DNA of 61,630 bases, the filler included, from Choristocarpus tenellus KU-1152 (lineage: Eukaryota; Protista; Phaeophyceae): NCBI GenBank assembly GCA_964200185.2. It is 12 parts of 12 records of this genome, joined end to end, with 100 filler letters (N's around TTAATTAATTAA, not from the genome) between each part and the next. Parts side by side here need not be neighbours in the genome. Positions count along the whole stretch, not along the records: positions 50,708 to 58,028 come from CAXNAD020006333.1; positions 58,129 to 61,630 come from CAXNAD020019597.1; 10 more parts are not named here. One strand, 5' to 3'. The notes below the pieces were generated by a model. That model ran no database searches. It was not told where the DNA came from and saw nothing but the letters and a program-made list of their open reading frames with translations. The position numbers and the translations under genes were made by a program. Shown piece by piece: positions 53,712-61,630 of this stretch (its first letter is position 1; the number at the start of each line of letters is the position of its first letter).

Positions 53712-55232
53712 ACCTTTGCCTTGGATTCCTTGGAATATAGTACATTAAATACCTAAATTTTAAAGAATTCTACAAAGATTCCTTTCTCAAATGATTCCGA
53801 AATAATGGAACACACACTGGAGCATATTCTTTCAGTTTTTTAATGTTCCTGCTACAGTGTGGAGCTATCTAACACTCTCAAAACCTCCATGGTGAGCCCC
53901 CACAGTCCCTCATTCCCGGCACGAAGCCCACGGGGAAAGAACTGCAAGCTGACCGAGGAAGGTTGGACCACACTTGCTCTGCGTTACGCATTGGCTCTTC
54001 CTCCCAGTCACGAGAGGCACCCGAGGGGTGTGGGGTCTAAATTGGCGAGAGAGTTTGGAGTGAGAGAGAGACACCCTAGACGGTGTGGGCACACATCAAA
54101 GAACAGTTAGACAGGGAGAAGCACGATCTGGACGCCTGTTGGACTGTATGCCAACAAAACAAGTGAAGGTTCGGGAAATCAATGCCAGGAATTGCACGCT
54201 GACTATCAACCAACTTTCTGCCAAGCTCGCCGAAGCGGACCTTGCAGTCGGCAGCTCAAAGCCTCATCGCTGGCTCAAAGCCATGGGGGCAACGAGGGTT
54301 CAGCAGCGCATCACCCCTAGCCTTTCGTTTTCTCACAAGAAGAACAGGGTGGACTTCATCCTCGACCAGATCTCCCTCAACAGCAAAGCCTACAGGACTG
54401 GCCTCAACATCATTCACATCAACAGGCTGTGGTTCTAGTTCATCTGCGAACGAGAGATGGTGCATACGTTCCCAGGGGAGGAAAAGGTGAGCTCGACGAA
54501 GGTGCAGCACAAGAGTCACTTTCCCAAAGTGATGTCCATCTCTGCCGTTTCGCACCCAGATCCTTCCTATGATTTCGACAGTAAGATTGAGATCTGGCAG
54601 GTTTGTGTCACGAAGAAGGCACAACGGACTACAGTGCAGCACATGGAAGACGAGGAGTACGAGGTCAATGTCACTGTTGACGCCGAGTGGTACCTGGAGC
54701 AGCTGTTGCCAGCAATTGAGGAAAAAATGCCATGACTGGAATCGGGGGGGGCCTCCATACAACAGGATGGCGTGACCCCACATACAGGCAAGGGCATGGT
54801 GCAAAAGCTGAACACAGTAGGGATTGAGGAGAGATGGAACAGTAAGCTTGTGACGTAGCCGGATCTCAACATCTATGATGTGGGGTAATTTGCATGAAGA
54901 GCAGGGTTTGGGCGGAGCGTTACGGCACTGTTGATGAACTTGTAGAGGGGGTTTCAAGCATGTTCCATGCGTACGATACAGACACGCTCGAGAGGGTGTG
55001 ACAGAGTCTGTTCAAGAGTTACGATCAGGTGTTAAGGGCGCTGGCGGGGAACGATTTCGAGGTAGAGCACACTGGGACCAAGAAAATGCAGAGGGAAGGT
55101 GGGTTGGCAAGATCAGTCGTAGTAGATTGAGTGGCCTCCGCGGTGGACCTGGATTGGTGGGTTGACGATGTCGAATAAAGGTGAGACATAGTCTTATAAT
55201 GTAAAATATTCCAAGGAATCCAATGCAAAGGT
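53712..55232 (+). mobile_element. Tc1/mariner element of the plant-type DD39D group, pseudogenised transposase (~53920-55130)
   Basis: 36-bp TIRs 53712-53747 / 55197-55232 (33/36 match); IHINRLWF, HKSHFPKVM.ISAVSHP, FDSKIEIW, IQQDGVTPH, PDLNIYDVG; several stops. Confidence 0.88.
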
Positions 55233-55774
55233 CCGCTCTATAATAATCAGAATGTCAAGAATATGCTTTTTATTCATGTGTAAAAGAAGATTCTGTAGAA
55301 GAAACAAAGGATGACGAAATAATGTTTGTTTTCTGAAGGATACTAGATGTGTTTGGGTTTATGAACTAGAATATGGAAGAGTTCAGGAAGCATTGTTGAC
55401 AGGAATCTGTGATTAGTGATTACTGATCCATAGAATATGAATGATTTGGTGAGAAGGATAACCCCCCCTGTTTGGATGTCTCACTCCAACTTTCTACCTC
55501 CTACAACATATCTGAGAAGGAATTAATCTACATGTTTCTATATCAAGGCTTGGGATTCTACACATTCTTGAACACAGAGGTCATTCTGAAGAGCTACAAC
55601 TTAATGGCTCAGACTTATGGGACAGAGGGAGTAGAAGTAAGGTACTGTCTTTAAAAGACACTTTCCCTTTCAGAACCATAAAAACAAATTCAGTGATAAA
55701 ATCACAATATCATAGGAATAGGGTACTGTCCTAGACTGTCTCCCATTCAGAACTATAAACAAAACTAAACAAAA

Positions 55775-56067
55775 GAGTATGTTAGAGGGTATGAGTTTGC
55801 CCTGTTTGTCCGTTTGGGGCTTAGCTTCCAACAGGTATTTTATGACATTTTACCTACTCCGATTTTTTTTGGAGTAGGTGTGAGGATGCATACAACAAAT
55901 TCACCCTTTCAAAATACAGTACCTATTACACATTATGAAAAGGTGTATCCGGAATAAGGATATTGACACTTCTTAACAAACACAGTAGCCAAAATTATAT
56001 GAAAATCGCAATATTTGATTTTGTCCCCAAAATGGACGTGGCTCTACCCCCTAAGATACTTTGACTC
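55775..56067 (+). mobile_element. MITE family 1 with a ~45-bp internal insertion
   Basis: Colinear body, right TIR CCCCCTAAGATACTTTGACTC. Confidence 0.85.
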
Positions 56068-56079
56068 ACAAGGCACAAG

Positions 56080-57437
56080 TATAAACAGCCGATCATCAAA
56101 ATCGAGGATGAGCGAGACGCGGATTGGTGTGCGGAAAGTGCACGTATGTTATTTTTTTAATGTTGCGGCACTTTTGGAAGGCCCGCTACGAATAGGAATC
56201 CATCCCGACAAAGGTGGTAGTAGGACAGTGTGTGGGGGGCAGCAACAATTTCGTTTGATCGTCGTGTACATGTATGCCCTGCATTGGCTTGCTTGCTTGA
56301 ATTGAAAGTGCGTTTGTGATCAAACTCTCTCTTCAACACTGTTATTCTATGGTTTCCGTCCAGTGTGTGTCCTTGAACAGCAAGCGCGGTGTCGGTGGTG
56401 AGCTGGTCCCCATTGCCTAAGCAGTCTCGTTGGATGACGATGGACGGAGCAAACTGCTCGAGTCAGCTCTTTTTACGGATAGACTTGCTGACGCGCGCAA
56501 GGCCACGCTCGTTCAGGGGCCGCACCATCTCCGTGCACGTGGTGTTGCCGAGTTTCATCTTGTACATGCCGAGGCAGTGCTGTTCGAGGAGCGAGGAGAC
56601 GCCCTTGGCATTGCTGTCCGACGCTCTCAATCCGTGGGCAGCGCCATTGGTGCGCGGGGGGGTTGTTGTTGAGTGAATGTTGGACATGGTGAAGATTGGG
56701 AAGGTGTGACGGGGATAGATAAGAAAGAGCTGCTGGTGGTATGTGCGGAAGGAGAGGAATGGAAATGAGGAGTGAGGGCTGGGAGGTGCTGCTTTATTTC
56801 ATCTGGTCCGTTGGTGTCCAAGGAACTCAGATTTCTCTTTCCGTTGATAATTGTGTTCCAAGAAATATGAATATCGAACAGTATACGATTTCATATTGAA
56901 AAGAGATAGAGAGTATCAGTTTTTTGTGACCTTTTCGTTTCGGAACATTTCAAACGTATTAGATCAATTAAGTATGTGGTTTATATTTATATTTGTTGAA
57001 ATTAAGAATAGAATCTAATTTTTATTTCATCACAACGAGAATACACGTATTTTCCAGAACATGGATTTCAGGCTGGCCCGACGGATCACTTCAAACTCAA
57101 ACATCGTACGCCCGGCTTCGAATTCAATTCAATCGTGCCCAAGACCACCTGTTGCCTGAAACCAAAACCAGAAAAGATCTATTTTTATTTCGTCACAGCG
57201 AGAATAAACGCGTTTTCCAGAACACGGATTTAATTTTGGTCCGACGGATCTCTTCAAACTCAAACACCGTACGCCCGGCTTCGAATTAAATTCAAGCAAG
57301 CAAGCCAACGCAGGGCATACATGTACACGACGATCGAACGAAATTGTTGCCGCCCCCCACACACTGTCCTAATACCACCTTCGTCGGGATGGATTCCCAT
57401 TCGTAGCGGGGTCTTCCAAAAGTGCCACAACATTAAA

Positions 57438-57471
<34 letters not shown>

Positions 57472-57554
57472 GTGCACTTTCCGCACACCAATCTGCGTCT
57501 CGCTCATCCTCAATAAAAAGCTCCATCCTCAATTTCGATGATCGGCTGTTTATA
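56080..57554 (-). mobile_element. Non-autonomous element with ~225-bp TIRs, TA at both ends, carrying a ParB-like ORF fragment
   Basis: 56080-56303 is the reverse complement of 57288-57554 (allowing for an (AT)n run and a small indel); internal 165-bp-period duplication 57012-57295. Confidence 0.85.
56306..56687 (-). pseudogene. ParB/sulfiredoxin-like N-terminal domain fragment
   Basis: VRPLNERGLARVSKSIRKKS*LEQFAPSIVI...TLDGNHRITVLK in one frame with a single TGA. Confidence 0.65.
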
Positions 57555-58005
57555 TGTCTCACAGTCACATGGAAACAGGGTACTGTCATGGGAAGACTGT
57601 AAAGAATATGCTTTGTATTAGTATGTAAAAGAAGATTCTGTAGGACAAATGATCAGTTGTTGGACTATGGTTCGATAATGGGATAATTGATAGGAAGGTT
57701 TATGTTGAGTGACCATGAGAATATTATCCGGGTTATTATAGTACAAGAAGAATCCTAGAAAAGGAAGGTTATAGCAAGTGACACAGAATCAGTGACGTGT
57801 TATCATAATACGAATGATAAGGTGACAAGGACTCCCCCTTTTGAGCTTGGATGTTCACTCCTTCCTTTCACCTCCCTTACTTCATGTACAACCTGTTCTA
57901 CACAATAAGGAATTGATCGAGTAATTTACATGCACAAGTCTTGGGAACATCAATTTCCTTAACACAGACTCTCCACTCGTTTCAACCAACTCCAGCAGGG
58001 TTTTG

Positions 58006-58028
58006 GGGTCAAAGTATCTCGGGGGGGG
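58006..58028 (+). mobile_element. MITE family 2 left end at contig end
   Basis: GGGTCAAAGTATCTCGGGGGGGG. Confidence 0.6.
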
Positions 58029-58152
58029 NNNNNNNNNNNNNNNNNNNNNNNNNNNNNNNNNNNNNNNNNNNNTTAATTAATTAANNNNNNNNNNNNNNNN
58101 NNNNNNNNNNNNNNNNNNNNNNNNNNNNCGAAAGGAGGGGGAAACGGAGTAA

Positions 58153-58192
<40 letters not shown>

Positions 58193-58314
58193 GTCGATTT
58201 GAAACAGTAGTAATGAGCAGGAAAACAAAACTTCGAAACTCGAAAGTGAAAAGTGAATATGAAAGGAATTTACGCACCGACCCGAGTTAGATGTCGGGAG
58301 GGCAACCATGCACA

Positions 58315-58569
58315 GAGTGAATCTTCGAGGGTACTAGTTTTGCCCTGTTTGTTAGTTTGGGGCTTGGCTTCCCACGGTTTCTTTATTACTTTTTCATAAG
58401 CCGAAATGTTTTGGAGTTGGTAAAATGCATACATTATGAAAACGTGTTTCTGGAACAAGGATATTGATGCTTCCTGAGAAACATGATGGCCAAAATTACA
58501 TCAAAAATCGCAACATTGAATTTTGACCCCCAAACGGACGCGGCTCTACCCTCTAAGATACTTTGACAC
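58315..58569 (+). mobile_element. MITE family 1
   Basis: TSD ACA; empty site ATGCACAGGTTT at 59176. Confidence 0.9.
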
Positions 58570-58798
58570 ACAGGTTTATGCTTGACATATAGTAGACAGT
58601 GATGAGTGAGTTTCATGTGTTCTGTCGAACGGTAAAGGCCATCAATATCCAAGGCGCGACGAAAATGTTGGGGGGGTGTGTGTGTCGATTTGAAACAGGA
58701 ATCCTGAGCAGGAAAACATCATGTCGAATCTCGAAACTGAAAGGTGAACATGAAAGGAATTCACGCACCGACCCGAGTTAGATGTCAGGAGGGCAACC

Positions 58799-59170
58799 TG
58801 TTGAACTATCCCACACTGGATCCGCGGCTTTTATGATGCTTTAATGAAGGACAAAGAACAGCTTGACGTAGATGAACAATGTTAGTATTACAAGGGGCTA
58901 GTGGTCTCGATTCCGCTGACTGAGCTCGTGGGTGAGACTCTAGCGTTAACTACCATCATTACTCAATAGTGTGGGGTTTGTAATCGTCCACACTAATTTA
59001 CTATGAATTACTTATTTACTTATCTCAAGTATAGGAAGTGTATCTTGAACATCATACAACCAATCAACACTATGATTCAGTACATATAATATATCTGTCA
59101 CTGGCTCTCTACCCTATCACATATTCCACCAGTGGTGTCTATAGTGTATCAGCAGCACTATCTACGAACA
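58799..59170 (+). mobile_element. Solo LTR family C (372 bp)
   Basis: TGTT..AACA, TSD CAACC/CGACC. Confidence 0.85.
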
Positions 59171-59889
59171 CGACCATGCACAGGTTTATGCTTGACATAT
59201 GGCAAACAGTGATGAATGAGTTTCATGTGTTCTGTTGAACGGTAGAGGCCATCAATATCGAAAAGGCGGCAAGATTATCGGGGGAGTGTATGTCCATTTC
59301 CGATGTGAACCCTATCGGAAATGTTCCAACGGTATCGAAGCCCTTACTCGTGCATATCAAAGGTGTCACCACGTCACCCCGGACGGACGGATGTTGTTGT
59401 GCGTGAAATTGCATCTTGGAATCTTGCTTTTAATTCGGATCAGTTGTCTGATTACTCTCAACATAAGTGACTGCAACACATGTTCCAATTTCGGAAAAAG
59501 GTCCGGTCGAATTCGCTGTAGCCATTTCAGATTAAAGCCGCTGGATTGATTCTATGTTGATTGACGTGTACGATGCGAGGTGAAATCTATAAATGGCGGA
59601 TTGGGGTTAGTGTTGAAAATGTGGGTGATTATTTTTGGTTAGGGTTAGGGTTGATATCATGGGTGCTAGTCGATATACCTTACTTAGGGGTAGGGCTTCG
59701 TCCATTTGGCGGGCGAATTCAAATGTCGCATTTGGAATGTAATTCTTCCCATCTTCATTGTTTGGAGATGTCAATGACGCTCCTTTCCATAGTGTAGACA
59801 TTCTACTTATCGAAAACATCTTAGAGTAGGTACAATGTCATTCAAAACGCGTGGGCAGCCAGGCCCCAAAGGACAACCGGCGAAAACAT

Positions 59890-61225
59890 CGCGCCCTGTA
59901 ATGTAGAGGATCGGATCTGAAAAAGCTGGTGTTACCACTGCTGGCAGCTGGTGGTGTGTACACGGCTGTATAGGTAATGAATATAAGGCATCGGATTTGA
60001 AAATGTTCGCCACACCACCGTCTGAAGCTGGTGAGTACACGGTTATAAAGGCAACAAGTACAGGGTATCCAATTTGAAAATGCTGGTACTACCACTGCTG
60101 ACAGGTGGTGTGTACACGATTGTAAACGCAGAAATACCAACATTGTCAGATTCGATGCCCTCTTTTTTTGTTCATTTGCAACTGCGTGCACATCAGCTGC
60201 CAGCAGTGGTAATACCAACATTTACAGATTCGATGCCCTGTATTTATTTGTGTTTCCAACCGTGTACACACCGCCTGTCAGCAGTGGTAACACAAACATT
60301 TTCAGATTCGATGCCCTGTATTTTTTTCATTTGCAACCGTGCACACACCAGCTGCCAGCAGTGGTAATACCAACATTTTTAGATTCGATTCCTCGTATTT
60401 ATTTGCGTTTTCAGTCATGTACGCACCCCCTGTCAATGCCAGTATCATCAACATTGACAAATTCAGTACCCTGTATTTGTCACCTTTACAACCGTACACT
60501 CCAGCTGTCGGCAGTGGTAATACCAATATGTTAAGATTCGACGCCCTGCATTTTTTAGCCTTTCCAACTGTGTGCACACCAACTGCCAGCAGTGGTTATA
60601 CCAACATTTTCGGATTCGATGCTCTGTATTTTTTTCATTTGCAACCGTGTACACACCACCTGCCGGCAGTGGTAATACCAACATTTACAGATTCGATGCC
60701 CTCTGTTTATTTGCGTTTCGACCGTGTACACACCGCCTGTCAGCAGTGGTAACTCAAACATTTTCAGATTCGATGCCCTGTATTTTTTTCATTTGCAACC
60801 GTGTACACACCAGCTGCCAGCAGTGATAATATCAACACTTTCAGCTTCGATGCCCTATATATATTTTTTTTCCAATCGTGTACACCCCAGCTGCCAGCAG
60901 TGGTAAAACCAACAGTTTCAGATTCGATGCCCCATACGTTTCTGCCACTGCCGACAGCCAGTGTATACGGTTATAAAGATGACAAATACAGGGTACTGAA
61001 TTTGTCAATGTTGGTGTTACTACCATTGACAGGTGGTGTGTACAAGGTTGGAAACGGAAACAAATACAAGGCATCGAATCTGAAAATGTTGGTGTTACCA
61101 CTGCTGATAGGCGATGTGTACACGGTCGGAAACGCAAAAAAATACAGGGTGTCGGGTTTATGTATGTTGGTGACACCACCATCTGCAGCTGGTGTGTACA
61201 CGGTTGTAAAGGTAACAAATAATGC
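59890..61225. repeat. ~77-bp satellite, about 17 units, with an internal inversion
   Basis: Unit CCGTGTACACACCAGCTGCCAGCAGTGGTAATACCAACATTTTCAGATTCGATGCCCTGTATTT..; orientation switches near 60133 and 60941. Confidence 0.92.
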
Positions 61226-61630
61226 AACTTGGGGGCACTATCCTGTCAGCCACATGCTAATACATGCTACGTGCACGAACGATAGTCGCAACATCCACCA
61301 AAGGCGCTAAATCATGACGATGTGTTTGCATATTGGTCATTCAGAGACGCCCCAGTGTAGGCTGCACGAAGTGTGAACGTTTGTTGTATGGGAACTCACC
61401 TTCTGGTTCCCTTTGGAGGCATTACAGCGTTTGGTGGTTGGACTAAGCCTCTCAGTTGATTGCAGGATGTCTGCATTGGGTGAGCATGTTCGAAATGAGA
61501 CAGGACAAACAAACGGAAGGAGAGAGAGAAAATGTTTTGCGCATGGAGTCAGGCCCAGACAGGATGGCATGTCACGGTCTGTTCACATCATCCTCCAGCC
61601 GTACGCACCTGACCACCTTGCACGAAGTGG

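Noticed and set aside
54256-54957. 233-aa minus-strand ORF
   Set aside because: Antisense shadow of the mariner transposase
4798-58128. Recurring TTAATTAATTAA flanked by Ns as a biological repeat or array
   Set aside because: It is an artificial six-frame-stop linker between contigs, so gene-neighbourhood inferences across it are invalid
59890-61225. CRISPR-like array
   Set aside because: Whole units are homologous, there are no unique spacers, and no cas-like ORF is present; the repetitive ORFs are translation artefacts
1-61630. tRNA, rRNA, giant-virus core genes, Fanzor/TnpB
   Set aside because: No recognisable signatures by eye; tRNAscan and profile searches would be needed to exclude them

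Overview
This is eukaryotic nuclear DNA, most likely from an ochrophyte stramenopile (brown-alga-like). The evidence is GT-AG introns, a stramenopile-type centrin and an ASAFAP-like plastid presequence. The window is not one locus: it is 12 short contigs joined by artificial 100-bp spacers (N44-TTAATTAATTAA-N44), so adjacency across spacers means nothing. Host gene fragments: an LPMO (AA15/AA10-like) C-terminus with a Pro/Thr linker and two CBM1 modules; a centrin of the ICL1e/centrin-2 type, head-to-head with a putative plastid-targeted orphan; a short-chain dehydrogenase; and a CaMK-like kinase 3' end with a probable GC-AG intron. Most of the rest is decayed mobile DNA: Copia and Gypsy fragments, solo LTRs, CRE/R2-like non-LTR 3' ends, a DD39D-type mariner, an intron-containing Sola2-like transposase (2 copies), two related MITE families (16 listed copies and fragments) and a 77-bp satellite with an internal inversion. 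The most unusual item is a long-TIR element family carrying a ParB/sulfiredoxin-like domain. In a second copy, spliced exons for an acidic tract, a PHD-like finger and a weakly methyltransferase-like segment lie downstream. All domain calls are by-eye motif recognition, not database searches.
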